Assembly: GCA_965250085.1 (NCBI GenBank)
Contig: OZ252287.1
Span: 192,001-256,000, forward strand
Length of the DNA stretch: 64,000 nucleotides
DNA from: Candidatus Altimarinota bacterium
GTDB lineage: Bacteria > Patescibacteriota > Gracilibacteria > CAIRYL01
Direction of reading: 5' to 3'
Shown here piece by piece: positions 27,610 through 37,766 of this stretch (position 1 is its first letter; each line of letters starts with the position of its first letter). A program made the translations under genes and the position numbers. The notes under the pieces were generated by a model, which was not told the DNA's origin, did no database searches, and saw only the letters and a list, made by a program, of their open reading frames with translations.

Positions 27610-28908
27610 ATGCCAACTATTCGAATATCTGAATTTCAAGATTATGTGGATACAGAGATCACTATTCAAGGTTGGATGTTTAATAAGCGTGGAAGTGGCA
27701 AAATCGCGTTTTTGCAGCTCAGAGATGGAAGTAGTCTTACTCAGGGCATTGTGGTCAAAAATGAAGTTTCGGATGATGTATTCAAAAGAGTGGAAAAGCT
27801 TACCATTGAGTCTTCTGTCCGAGTTACGGGAATTGTTACTCAACATCCCAAGCAACAAGACACTTTTGAATTGCAGGTCAGTGACATTGAAATCATTGAT
27901 CTTGTGGAAGAAGAATATCCAATAGGAAAAAAAGAACACGGTCCTGATTTTCTTCTCAGCCATCGACATTTATGGCTGAGATCTCAAAAACAATGGGCTC
28001 TTCAGCGTATTCGAAACACTCTTATCTATGGCATATACGAATATTTGGAAAAAGAAGGATTTCTCAAGATCGACTCCCCTATTTTAACTCCTAATGCCTG
28101 TGAAGGCACTACAACACTCTTTGAAGTGGAGTATTTTGATGAAGGAACGGCCTATCTTTCGCAATCGGGACAACTGTACCTGGAAGCTGCTATTATGAGT
28201 CATGGAAGATGCTTTGATTTTGGACCTGTATTCCGTGCCGAAAAATCAAAAACTCGCCGACACCTCACGGAGTTCTGGATGATGGATGCGGAAGCGGCAT
28301 TTGTGGAGCATGAAGAAAACATGAGAATTCAAGAAGAGCTGATTGTGTTTGTGATACAAAAAGTACTGGAAAAAAACACAAAAGAACTAGATATTTTGGA
28401 AAGAGATATCTCAAAGTTAAAAAATATAAAAGCTCCATTCCTTCGGAAGACACACGCCCAAGCAGTAGAAGAACTTCAAAAAATGGGATCCAAGATTGGG
28501 GATCATGATGACTTGGGAGCTGAAGATGAAGCCATGCTCACGCAAAAATATGACCTTCCTCTTTTTGTAGAAAAGTATCCAGCTACAGTCAAAGCATTTT
28601 ATATGAAACGAGATCCCAAAAACTCTGATGTTGTGCTCTGTGCCGATCTTCTGGCTCCGGAAGGATATGGAGAAATTATTGGCGGATCTGAGCGTGAAGA
28701 CAACTATGAGACGCTTCTCAAGAGAATACGAGAGCACAAGCTTCCCGAGAAAGAATTTGAATGGTATTTAGACCTCAGAAAATATGGATCTGTGCCTCAT
28801 AGTGGATTTGGTATCGGCCTCGAACGAGTGGTAGCCTGGATTTCAGGTGTTCGCCATATACGAGAAACTATCCCCTTTCCTCGTATGATTACCAGAATAT
28901 ATCCGTAA
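27610..28908 (+). CDS. asnS: Asparagine--tRNA ligase
   Basis: OB-fold N-terminus, YLSQSGQLY, FRAEKSKTRRHLTEFWM, PHSGFGIGLER. Confidence 0.97.
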   Translation: MPTIRISEFQDYVDTEITIQGWMFNKRGSGKIAFLQLRDGSSLTQGIVVKNEVSDDVFKRVEKLTIESSVRVTGIVTQHPKQQDTFELQVSDIEIIDLVEEEYPIGKKEHGPDFLLSHRHLWLRSQKQWALQRIRNTLIYGIYEYLEKEGFLKIDSPILTPNACEGTTTLFEVEYFDEGTAYLSQSGQLYLEAAIMSHGRCFDFGPVFRAEKSKTRRHLTEFWMMDAEAAFVEHEENMRIQEELIVFVIQKVLEKNTKELDILERDISKLKNIKAPFLRKTHAQAVEELQKMGSKIGDHDDLGAEDEAMLTQKYDLPLFVEKYPATVKAFYMKRDPKNSDVVLCADLLAPEGYGEIIGGSEREDNYETLLKRIREHKLPEKEFEWYLDLRKYGSVPHSGFGIGLERVVAWISGVRHIRETIPFPRMITRIYP

Positions 28909-28927
28909 GAAAATTCTTAAACAATAT

Positions 28928-29569
28928 TTAATATTCTTTTGGACTTGGCAAAATATACAATATAGGAACTAATATAAGCAGAAAAATACTCGCCTTCGTG
29001 CTGAAGAGGGCTGCAAAAATGGTAATGATGTATATCAGAATGCCAGTGAGGACTTTGAGTTTTCCTCGCTGAATAATACCATAGGAAAGATTTTTTCGGA
29101 CCAGGCGATGACCTGTGGTCGCATGGTTCCATTTGGCATAGAGCAAAAAAGCCGCGAGCATCATGTTGATCGAATAAATCACGACGGGCATGATGCGTTC
29201 TGGATATGCACCCAGCAATTTTGTCGAAAAGGGAATCAGAGAAATAAACATCAGAAACAAAATATTGAGCCAGAGCATCGTTCGATCTGATCCCTGGATG
29301 TAATGAAACTGTTTATGATGTCCTATCCAGTAGACTCCTAAGATAATAAAACTGATAGTATAGTCAAAAAATACTGGCCATATGTTCCCCAGTGCTTGAA
29401 GAAACTCCAACCTTGTGGCTGATTCTGGAACTCCTGGAACATGTATTTCCAGGACCAAGAGAGTCATGACAATGGCAAATACAGCATCACTGAGTCCCTC
29501 AATACGAGTAGTGGGAAGAATGTACTCTCCGTCATGGTGATGTGGGCCGGGATGTTGTCCTGAATCCAT
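28928..29569 (-). CDS. TMEM175-family (DUF1211) potassium channel
   Basis: RIEGLSDAVFAIVMTLLVLEI signature, W..HH, multiple transmembrane helices. Confidence 0.9.
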   Translation of the reverse strand: MDSGQHPGPHHHDGEYILPTTRIEGLSDAVFAIVMTLLVLEIHVPGVPESATRLEFLQALGNIWPVFFDYTISFIILGVYWIGHHKQFHYIQGSDRTMLWLNILFLMFISLIPFSTKLLGAYPERIMPVVIYSINMMLAAFLLYAKWNHATTGHRLVRKNLSYGIIQRGKLKVLTGILIYIITIFAALFSTKASIFLLILVPILYILPSPKEY

Positions 29570-29595
29570 TATAGAAATTTAAGAATTATAAAATT

Positions 29596-31254
29596 TTACA
29601 TATCCCAAATCTTCTCTTCGTATTGCTTTATGCATCGATGAGTATTAAAGAACCCCGCGAGTGAGACAGCAGATTTCATTCGTTTTGCCCACTCTTTTGG
29701 TCTTTGATAATAACAATCTATAGCGTCTTTGAGCTTATCATAGAGTTCTTCGGCATCTATATCATCACGAGTGTTTTCATCAAATTGATCAGATGTATCG
29801 CCAAATCCCCAACCAGCATCTGGATTCATCTTGATCCCTTCTATCCACCATCCATCCAACACTGAAAGATTGAGCACTCCATTCAGCGCTGCTTTCATGC
29901 CACTCGTCCCACTGGCTTCACGAGGTTTGATAGGATTGTTGAGCCAAATGTCGGATCCAGAAATAAGTTTATGAGCAATGTCTAAGTTATAGTCAGAAAC
30001 TACTGCGACACGGATCTGCCCCCTGAGCCTTCGTGCACATGTCTGCAGATCACCTTTTTTCCAATTGCAATAATTATCATCCGGATGGCACTTGCCCGCA
30101 AAGATAAACTGTAATTTTCGGTACCCTAACTCTCTGAGTTTTTCCAAATTTCGAAAGACAAGACCTGGTCTCTTATACGGAACAAAGCGCCTGGCAAAAG
30201 CAATGGTCAGTGTTTTTTCATCAAATTTGTCTTCTGGATACATTTCCGAATGACCAGTAAAAAATTCAGAATGACTGTTGACCCATGTGATAAGTGCTTT
30301 TTTATTTTTTTTATGAGCGAATTGTAATTTTTCTACTGGAAGTGACTTCAGCGCTGATTCCAATTTTTTTGGATTTTCCCTCCATCCTTTTATTTTTTCA
30401 TCAAAAAGTTTTGCCATCGGCTCAGACGCCCAAGTGAGATGATGGATTCCGTTGGTTACATTCTCAAATTCGTACCCGGGAAACATTTCTCTACAGACTT
30501 CCTGATGCTTTGTGGAAACACTATTGGTTACTTTACTCATATTCATGGCCAAGTGCGTCATGCTCAAATCTTTTTCCGTGGCGATACGGTCAATGTGCCA
30601 TGGCATCATCTTTCCGAGCACTTGATTTGCCAGTGTATAGTCAAAATGATCGTGACCAGCTTTGATAGGTGTGTGTGTTGTAAATGTGCATCCGGTACGA
30701 ACTTCAGCATCTTTGTATCCTTGTTCCTTCAGACTTTCAAAAGTCAAAAAAGCAGAATGCCCTTCATTCATATGAAGATTTTGTATTTCCTCATACCCAA
30801 GTGCTCTGAGCATTCTTAGCCCTCCTATCCCTAAAATAGCCTCCTGTGCGATGCGAGTGTATTGATCAGAAGCGTAGAGCCACTTGGTCAAATCACGATC
30901 CCATCGTTTATTTTCTGGAAAATTAGTAGTCAAAAAATAGAGAAGAGCTGCGTTTCCATTTTCACTTTTGACGCTGTATTCGAAGGCTCCAACCTTTACT
31001 ATCCTGTCCTCAATTTGCACCTCGACCGTTGGCTTCAGTCGTTTCATAAATTTTTCCGGTTTGAATGCTTTTTTGGGATCATCATCTTGGTGATATATGA
31101 GAGAAACCCCTATCATTGGGAATTTCATATCCGCAGCAGAGTGCATCATGTCTGCTGCCAAGACACCAAGACCGCCCGCATAATTTGGGATTCTGGAATC
31201 CAGAGCAAATTCCATAGAGAAATAAGCGACTTTTATGGGAGTTTTTATTGACAT
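29596..31254 (-). CDS. glgP: Alpha-glucan (glycogen) phosphorylase
   Basis: AYFSMEF...YAGGLGVLA, HMNEGH, EASGTSGMKAALNG (PLP-binding Lys). Confidence 0.95.
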   Translation of the reverse strand: MSIKTPIKVAYFSMEFALDSRIPNYAGGLGVLAADMMHSAADMKFPMIGVSLIYHQDDDPKKAFKPEKFMKRLKPTVEVQIEDRIVKVGAFEYSVKSENGNAALLYFLTTNFPENKRWDRDLTKWLYASDQYTRIAQEAILGIGGLRMLRALGYEEIQNLHMNEGHSAFLTFESLKEQGYKDAEVRTGCTFTTHTPIKAGHDHFDYTLANQVLGKMMPWHIDRIATEKDLSMTHLAMNMSKVTNSVSTKHQEVCREMFPGYEFENVTNGIHHLTWASEPMAKLFDEKIKGWRENPKKLESALKSLPVEKLQFAHKKNKKALITWVNSHSEFFTGHSEMYPEDKFDEKTLTIAFARRFVPYKRPGLVFRNLEKLRELGYRKLQFIFAGKCHPDDNYCNWKKGDLQTCARRLRGQIRVAVVSDYNLDIAHKLISGSDIWLNNPIKPREASGTSGMKAALNGVLNLSVLDGWWIEGIKMNPDAGWGFGDTSDQFDENTRDDIDAEELYDKLKDAIDCYYQRPKEWAKRMKSAVSLAGFFNTHRCIKQYEEKIWDM

Positions 31255-31310
31255 AGTATATATTTATTTACTATAGTATTTTACCAAAGATTTACATATT
31301 TTGCAACAAT

Positions 31311-31712
31311 ATGACCTCTTCCAAATCACTCAGCAAAATTGATCGCGGTGGATACCCCACTTCTCAGGAAGTTTTGAAAACTGCATTAGAAGACATCATG
31401 AAAAACTCTCCTTTTCTGGAAATAGCCAGAGAGGATCCTCAGGAAGTCATTTCTCATCTGGCTCAGATGCTCTTTGATGCTGATATAACTCTCAATCAAG
31501 TGCGATCAGGAACTCATCGCGTGGGTATATATATTCGGAAAATTGTAAATAGAAGAAGGAGAAGAAGGAATAGAGAAATGGATTTTCTAATAAACGATGC
31601 TGCTGTATTTCAAGAGCTTCTCAGAAGTTTAAAGGGAACATCAGACAATGAAGGTATTTCTTCAAAAACTACTGAAACACGGGAGAATATTGGAGGCATT
31701 ACAGAGTCGTGA
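31311..31712 (+). CDS. Hypothetical protein (orphan)
   Basis: 133 aa ORF filling the gap between glgP and aroA. Confidence 0.65.
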   Translation: MTSSKSLSKIDRGGYPTSQEVLKTALEDIMKNSPFLEIAREDPQEVISHLAQMLFDADITLNQVRSGTHRVGIYIRKIVNRRRRRRNREMDFLINDAAVFQELLRSLKGTSDNEGISSKTTETRENIGGITES

Positions 31713-33570
31713 GTCGCTGCAAAAGCTCAACGCTTTGCTCAATGTTTTCTTGTTCGGATAATTCTGCATCTGCGTATTTTTGAAACAAATCTTTCCTTTC
31801 ATTCCATATTTCCTCTACTTCCTGAAAAAGTGGTTTTTCAGACTTTAAAACTGGTCTCTTCTTTGAAGTATTTTGAAGCCTTTGTATCAGTTCCTGTATC
31901 GGAACATTGAGAAAAATAACCTCTCCATTTTTTTTCAGATACTCCATGTTTTTGGAATTGAGCACAACTCCCCCACCAGTAGCAATCACCGTATTTTGGA
32001 CATTTGCAAGACTTTTGCAGATTTCTTTTTCCAACTCTCGAAATGCATCCCACCCGCCTTGTTCCACAATTTTAGAAATTGTTTTCCCAGATATTTTTTC
32101 TATTTCTTGATCTGTATCCACAAAATCATGTCCGTACTTCTCTGCAAACGCTTTTCCTAAAGTCGTTTTGCCGCTTCCTCGCATGCCAATAAGTACAATA
32201 TTCTTTTGGATCTTCCTCGGAATATCCACCCTGAGCGGAGTCGAAGGGTCTTGCCACTCCTCATACTCCTCCCAATATGTTGGATATGTTTTTCTGACAC
32301 ATTCTGGATTTTGAATAACGACATCAGAAACAACTGCTCCGAGCACAGAAAAACACATAGCCACTCGATGATCATCATAGGTTTCTATCTCTGCTCCATG
32401 AAGCAGACTTGGATCACCATGGATTTCAATTGCATCATTCCCAGACTCTATATTTGCCCCCATTTTTTTGAGGTTTTTAGTAAGTGCATGAATACGATCA
32501 CATTCCTTGTATTTGAGGGTAGAAAGCCCTGTAATGCGAGACCGTCCCTCTGCACATGCAGAGAGTACTACTGCGGTCATTGCTGCATCTGGCATTAATT
32601 CCAAATTGATTTCTCCCAGTGGTTGTAATTTCTTAGGACCGATCACAGATATCCCTCTTTGTCCTCCTTCCTTCGACCATGAGCTCAGGACCAAATGGTT
32701 ATTAGGGGGATGCAGGGGGGGGCGCTCCCCGCTCTCCGCTCCTGACTCCCAACTCACATCACATCCCATTTTTTTGAGAACAATCTCTGCAAATTGAGCA
32801 TCACCTTGGAGAGAGTTATGAGGAATATTCTTCATCACAACTTTGCCTCCCGTTATAGCAGCCAGAGCCATCGGATACGTTGCGGAGGTGGCATCTGCTT
32901 CTACGGTATATTCCGAAGCAACAAAATTCTTGAGTATCTGAAAGGTCATCTCTACATATGGCTGAGAAACGAGGTTTCCTCGCACATCAATATTTATGTC
33001 AGGCAAGTGTGTTGCCAGTAGTAATAAGGCACTTACAAATTGCGATGAAATATTTCCAGAAATAGGAACTGTTTTGGAAGATATATTCAAATTTCCTTGA
33101 ATTCCAATAGGTGGAAATCCTTGTTTTTCTAAATATTCAACCTCTATGCCAAGATTCTGAAGAGCGTCTCCCAAATCTCTTATAGGTCTCTCTTGCATGC
33201 GATCATTACCACCAAGAAGAGTATTCCCCTTCCGAAGAATGCAAAGTGCTGTCAAAAATCGCAAAGTTGTTCCGGAGTTTTTACAGTCGAGTGTTATATC
33301 TCCAGTTTGCGCAAATCTCCCTTTTTCTCCGTGTATTTCAATATAATCATAATTCGCTCCCCCTGAATATTTTTCCTCTATAGAAACTCCGAGCTTTTTT
33401 AAAGCTTCTATCATGGCATCAGTATCTTCACTCTTCAAAGCTCCAAAAATCTGTATCTTTTTACCAGAAAGCGCAGCAAGTGGGAGCACTCGATTCGTGA
33501 TTGACTTTGATCCAGGAACGGTAAAACTTCCTTTCAATGGTTTTGAGAAAGGGCTAAGTTTGAGTTTCAT
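31699..33570 (-). CDS. aroA: Fused EPSP synthase-shikimate kinase (AroA-AroK)
   Basis: VPGSKSITNR, NSGTTLRF, SSQFVSALL, KECDRI, DDHRVAM, then GMRGSGKTT, DTD, FRELE, ATGGG, RP shikimate kinase motifs. Confidence 0.93.
   Translation of the reverse strand: MKLKLSPFSKPLKGSFTVPGSKSITNRVLPLAALSGKKIQIFGALKSEDTDAMIEALKKLGVSIEEKYSGGANYDYIEIHGEKGRFAQTGDITLDCKNSGTTLRFLTALCILRKGNTLLGGNDRMQERPIRDLGDALQNLGIEVEYLEKQGFPPIGIQGNLNISSKTVPISGNISSQFVSALLLLATHLPDINIDVRGNLVSQPYVEMTFQILKNFVASEYTVEADATSATYPMALAAITGGKVVMKNIPHNSLQGDAQFAEIVLKKMGCDVSWESGAESGERPPLHPPNNHLVLSSWSKEGGQRGISVIGPKKLQPLGEINLELMPDAAMTAVVLSACAEGRSRITGLSTLKYKECDRIHALTKNLKKMGANIESGNDAIEIHGDPSLLHGAEIETYDDHRVAMCFSVLGAVVSDVVIQNPECVRKTYPTYWEEYEEWQDPSTPLRVDIPRKIQKNIVLIGMRGSGKTTLGKAFAEKYGHDFVDTDQEIEKISGKTISKIVEQGGWDAFRELEKEICKSLANVQNTVIATGGGVVLNSKNMEYLKKNGEVIFLNVPIQELIQRLQNTSKKRPVLKSEKPLFQEVEEIWNERKDLFQKYADAELSEQENIEQSVELLQRLTTL
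32229..32248 (+). repeat. Small REP-like element (family A) at the AroA/AroK linker
   Basis: CCCTGAGCGGAGTCGAAGGG; an inverted variant lies at 32671-32689. Confidence 0.6.
32661..32730. repeat. Nested palindromic elements (family A inside family B), in-frame within AroA
   Basis: GTCCTCCTT[CCTTCGACCATGAGCTCAGGACC...]ATTAGGGGGATGCAGGGGG, encoding the extra peptide ERPPLHPPNNHLVLSSWSKEGG. Confidence 0.6.
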
Positions 33571-33579
33571 GACTGAGCA

Positions 33580-33632
33580 TTTAAATTTCCAATTTCTAAT
33601 TTCTAATTTCTAAATAAATCTTAATTCCTCAT
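33580..33632. repeat. AT-rich heptamer tandem repeat
   Basis: aatttcc-aatttct-aatttct-aatttct-aaataaatcttaatt. Confidence 0.65.
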
Positions 33633-33684
33633 GTCTGAAAAAATGATTGAGAATTCAGTGTTCAAAATTCAATATTGTTTTTCT

Positions 33685-33951
33685 CTACTTCTTTTTTCCA
33701 AAAAATATCTTATTCAGAGTGTGCCAAACACCTTTCTTTTTATGCTTTTTGCTCTGTTCTTTAATGGTCTCTCCTAGCAAAATACGGCTTTTTTCCCATG
33801 TTTCGAGTGTTTTTTTCTTTACCAGGTCTCTATTTTCCTTATCAGAAAGAGTCACTCCCAAAACCGAACCTATTGCACCACCAATAATCACTCCTGTGAG
33901 CAATTTTGAAGCCTTGCCTTCTCTCTTCTTTTTGTCATCTTTGTTTGCCAT
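33685..33951 (-). CDS. YtxH-like membrane protein
   Basis: LLTGVIIGGAIGSVLGVTL followed by a basic helix; start moved to MANKDD. Confidence 0.75.
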   Translation of the reverse strand: MANKDDKKKREGKASKLLTGVIIGGAIGSVLGVTLSDKENRDLVKKKTLETWEKSRILLGETIKEQSKKHKKKGVWHTLNKIFFGKKK

Positions 33952-34080
33952 ATTCGAGCAAAGTAAAAACCGAGCGCATTGTCGCGAAAAACAAAGAAAA
34001 AAACAAAGGAAAAACTCTTTTCTGTTCCATGAGATATGGTTCATGTTTTATACTCACTCTGCATCATTTTTCGCGAAAAA

Positions 34081-34632
34081 ATGGATCAGCAGAAAATTAT
34101 TGAAGCGACCAAAATAATTCTTCAGGCAATTGGAGAAAATCCTTCTCGAGAGGGACTTCGAGATACTCCAGAACGAGTTGCTCGATTTTGGCAAAAAGCC
34201 ACAGAAGGATACCAAGTAAATCCTAAAGATTTTATCACCGCATTTGATGGAGAAAATTATGACGAAATGATTCTCTGTCGGGATATTGAATTTCATTCAC
34301 TCTGCGAGCATCACCTCCTGCCTATCATGGGCAAAGCGCATATTGCTTATGTACCCCATAAAAAAATAATAGGACTTTCCAAACTTCCCCGTATTGTGGA
34401 AATGTTTGCTCGCCGATTACAAAATCAAGAACGCATGACCTCTCAAATAGCAGATACTATTCAAGATCTCTTAAAGCCAAAAGGAGTCGCAGTGGTGCTT
34501 TCCGCCAAGCACCTGTGCATGAGTGCGCGAGGAGTAGAGAAACAAAATGCAATAATGGAAACCTCAGCGGTGCGTGGACTCTTCAAAAAAGACGCTCGTA
34601 CCAGAGCAGAATTTTTTCAGATGATACGGTAA
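34081..34632 (+). CDS. folE: GTP cyclohydrolase I
   Basis: REGLRDTPERVA, SLCEHHLLP, GLSKLPR, RRLQNQER, HLCMSARG. Confidence 0.97.
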   Translation: MDQQKIIEATKIILQAIGENPSREGLRDTPERVARFWQKATEGYQVNPKDFITAFDGENYDEMILCRDIEFHSLCEHHLLPIMGKAHIAYVPHKKIIGLSKLPRIVEMFARRLQNQERMTSQIADTIQDLLKPKGVAVVLSAKHLCMSARGVEKQNAIMETSAVRGLFKKDARTRAEFFQMIR

Positions 34633-34638
34633 ACGCCT

Positions 34639-35061
34639 TCATATCGTTTGCTCTCCCCGCAGTATTCTTCCAACGATATCTATCACAAAAGCAAGTTCTG
34701 TACTGACGGTAAGGAAGTCCGCTCTTTCTTCCCTTGAGATGATTCCTTTCTTCTTTGCCAGGCGCTCCATGACTAGCCGAGAGATCTCTTGTCGAACCTT
34801 CCATGCCCTGTCTTCTTCTTTTTTTTGTTCCTTTGAAAGCTCGTTCTGATTGGTGCTAAAATAACCTGTGAACTTTTGGTCAGGCAATTTTCCAAGAATT
34901 TCCCCTATTGAGCTCCTGCATTTTTCAAAACATTCTGCTACTTGATTGCTTTGATCCTCTTGCAAACCCCGTGATTGTGAACCAGGTTTTTGACGAGATG
35001 TTTCTATGCAAGAATCAACAAAGGATTGTTTCCAGTGGGATACTTCTTGCTGAGTTGTCAT
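34639..35061 (-). CDS. Hypothetical protein (orphan)
   Basis: ORF from MTTQQ; TTGACA-17 nt-TATAAA promoter at about 35083-35111. Confidence 0.65.
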   Translation of the reverse strand: MTTQQEVSHWKQSFVDSCIETSRQKPGSQSRGLQEDQSNQVAECFEKCRSSIGEILGKLPDQKFTGYFSTNQNELSKEQKKEEDRAWKVRQEISRLVMERLAKKKGIISREERADFLTVSTELAFVIDIVGRILRGEQTI

Positions 35062-35262
35062 GAAAAGTATAAAAGGGTAAGTTTTATAATAAATTTTTAA
35101 GCATTTGTCAACATTTAGTGAACGTGTCATTCGCCATTTGGCGATCATTACAGACCCTGTAATCCGAAGATAGGTGGACTGGCAGGCAATTCACTGGAGA
35201 AAGTATTGACAAAAAAACTTATAAGATGTAAAAAGATCCCCTTTTATATTTTTCATTTACAA

Positions 35263-36531
35263 ATGACAGAAAAAAAAACTTCTGCTTCGAAAGAGAGTAA
35301 AAAAACCGCAGAAAGTGCGGACAATCTTGCTGTTGAAGAACATCTTCTCAGAGATCTGATAGCAGCAGGACCGTTACCAAACGATATTGCATCTGCTGTT
35401 TATAAAAAATTCCAGGGTGTTTTTGACGAACACATAAAGCGGGATCCCAACAGTGCTAGTGCCCATGAATACTTAGGATATGTTCTTTCTCAACAAGGAA
35501 ACTATGAAGAGGCAGAGGCTTCTTTCAGAAAGGCGATAGAGCTGGATCCGAACAATGCTAGTTCCCATAACAACTTAGGATATGCTCTTAATAGACAAGG
35601 AAAACATGAAGAGGCAGAGGCTTCTTACAGAAAGGCGATAGAGCTGGATCCGAACAATGCTAGTGCCCATAACAACTTAGGATATGCTCTTAATAGACAA
35701 GGAAACTATGAAGAGGCAGAGGCTTCTTGCAGAAAGGCGATAGAGCTGGATCCCAACTATGCTATTGCCCATAACAACTTAGGAGATGCTCTTAATAGAC
35801 AAGGAAACTATGAAGAGTCAGAGGCTTCTTTCAGAAAGGCGATAGAGCTGGATCCCAACTATGCTAGTGCCCATGAATACTTAGGATATGCTCTTAATAG
35901 ACAAGGAAAACATGAAGAGGCAGAGGCTTCTTTCAGAAAGGCGATAGAGCTGGATCCGAACAATGCTAGTGCCCATAACAACTTAGGATATGCTCTTAAT
36001 AGACAAGGAAACTATGAAGAGGCAGAGGCTTCTTGCAGAAAGGCGATAGAGCTGGATCCGAACAATGCTAGTGCCCATAACAACTTAGGATATGCTCTTA
36101 ATAGACAAGGAAACTATGAAGAGGCAGAGGCTTCTTACAGAAAGGCGATAGAGCTGTATCCCAACTATGCTAGTGCCCATAACAACTTAGGAGATGCTCT
36201 TAATAGACAAGGAAACTATGAAGAGGCAGAGGTTTCTTGCAGAAAGGCGATAGAGCTGGATCCGAACAATGCTAGTGCCCATAACAACTTAGGATATGCT
36301 CTTAATAGACAAGGAAACTATGAAGAGGCAGAGGCTTCTTGCAGAAAGGCGATAGAGCTGGATCCGAACAATGCTATTGCCCATAACAACTTAGGATATG
36401 TTCTTTCTCAACAAGGAAAACATGAAGAGGCAGAGGTTTCTTACAGAAAGGCGATAGAGCTGGATCCGAACAATGCTATTGCCTATCGCGGACTGGCAAA
36501 TGTCCTTGAAAAACAACAGAATGCGTCATAA
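35263..36531 (+). CDS. Tetratricopeptide-repeat protein
   Basis: 34-aa repeats AHNNLGYALNRQGNYEEAEASxRKAIELDPNNAS. Start placed at ATG 35263 because TTGACA at 35206 is probably the -35 box. Confidence 0.95.
   Translation: MTEKKTSASKESKKTAESADNLAVEEHLLRDLIAAGPLPNDIASAVYKKFQGVFDEHIKRDPNSASAHEYLGYVLSQQGNYEEAEASFRKAIELDPNNASSHNNLGYALNRQGKHEEAEASYRKAIELDPNNASAHNNLGYALNRQGNYEEAEASCRKAIELDPNYAIAHNNLGDALNRQGNYEESEASFRKAIELDPNYASAHEYLGYALNRQGKHEEAEASFRKAIELDPNNASAHNNLGYALNRQGNYEEAEASCRKAIELDPNNASAHNNLGYALNRQGNYEEAEASYRKAIELYPNYASAHNNLGDALNRQGNYEEAEVSCRKAIELDPNNASAHNNLGYALNRQGNYEEAEASCRKAIELDPNNAIAHNNLGYVLSQQGKHEEAEVSYRKAIELDPNNAIAYRGLANVLEKQQNAS
35443..36483 (+). repeat. 102 bp coding tandem repeat, 10 full copies plus a partial copy
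   Basis: Units start at 35443 + 102n, up to 36463; copies are near-identical. Confidence 0.97.
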
Positions 36532-36705
36532 GGAATCTTCTTTTGTTTTTCCTCTTTCACCTAAATACGGAAAGTGACTGGCACAGAATCTTTATCTTTA
36601 TTTGGTGATTTAGATCTAGGTGTATAACTCCTTCAATAAGAATTCAGGTCCTTCACTTTTTTTTAAAAAATGACTATGATATCTGCTGAAGTTTTTTGAA
36701 GTAAT

Positions 36706-37758
36706 ATGCCCATTTTGCACAACAGAAAAAATAAAGAAATTCTTAAGAAAAAGCTCCAAGAAGAGTCTTTTAAACGCATAACACTTTCCTTTTATCGATA
36801 TGTACATATTGATGATGTGCAAACGTTTCGCGATAGTCTCTATCTGAAATGGTCAGATCTCAAAATTTTTGGCCGTACATATGTCGCCAGTGAAGGAATC
36901 AATGCTCAAATCAGTGTTCCAGAACACAATTGGCAGGCATTTCTGAACCACATGAAGTCTCACAAGGAACTCCATGATATTCCTCTTAAAATTGCCATAG
37001 AAGACGATGGGAAGTCATTTTATAAGCTTATCGTACGCGTGAAAAAACAAATAGTTGCTGATGGTTTGCATGAAAATGAATATGATGTAACAAAGGTGGG
37101 GAATCACCTGACAGCCGAGAAATGGAATGAAGCTATGGATGATCCGGATACGATTATTGTAGACATGCGCAATCATTATGAGAGTGAAGTGGGACACTTT
37201 GAAAACGCTATTTGCCCGGATGCCGATACCTTCAAAGATGAACTTCCAATGGTAAAGGAAACATTGAAGGGTAAAAAAGAGAAAAAAGTACTTCTCTACT
37301 GCACAGGAGGTATACGATGTGAGAAAACGAGTGCGTACCTCAAGCACCATGGATTCAAAGATGTGAACCAGTTACATGGGGGTATTATTGACTATAAGAG
37401 ACAAATTGAAAGATCCAATCTCCCCTGTCGATTTCAGGGAAAAAATTTCGTTTTTGATGAACGCCGAGGCGAGCGCATTACTGACGATATTGTCAGTGAA
37501 TGCCATCAATGCGGGGGTCCATGTGATGAACATGTAAACTGCGAAAATGATGCTTGTCACCTGCTCTTTATTCAATGTAATGATTGTAAGAAAAAATATG
37601 ATGGATGCTGTACTTCCAAATGTCAGAAGACCATTCATCTCTCACCCGAAGAACAAAAAAAACTCAGAAAAGGAACGTCAAATGCCCCAGGCGTTTATAA
37701 AAGCCGGCTCAGACCAAAGCTAAAAGATATCATCTACAGCAAGGGTCACACGGAGTAG
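36706..37758 (+). CDS. trhO: Rhodanese-domain tRNA uridine(34) hydroxylase (TrhO/YceA)
   Basis: SFYRY, EGINAQ, DMRNHYESEVGHF, YCTGGIRCEK, NFVFDER, Cys-rich tail. Confidence 0.93.
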   Translation: MPILHNRKNKEILKKKLQEESFKRITLSFYRYVHIDDVQTFRDSLYLKWSDLKIFGRTYVASEGINAQISVPEHNWQAFLNHMKSHKELHDIPLKIAIEDDGKSFYKLIVRVKKQIVADGLHENEYDVTKVGNHLTAEKWNEAMDDPDTIIVDMRNHYESEVGHFENAICPDADTFKDELPMVKETLKGKKEKKVLLYCTGGIRCEKTSAYLKHHGFKDVNQLHGGIIDYKRQIERSNLPCRFQGKNFVFDERRGERITDDIVSECHQCGGPCDEHVNCENDACHLLFIQCNDCKKKYDGCCTSKCQKTIHLSPEEQKKLRKGTSNAPGVYKSRLRPKLKDIIYSKGHTE

Positions 37759-37766
37759 TGCAACTT

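Noticed and set aside
35443-36483. TPR repeats as a CRISPR array or DGR template/variable repeat
   Set aside because: The units are contiguous in-frame coding repeats with no unique spacers. Differences are not adenine-specific, and no cas or reverse transcriptase gene is in the window.
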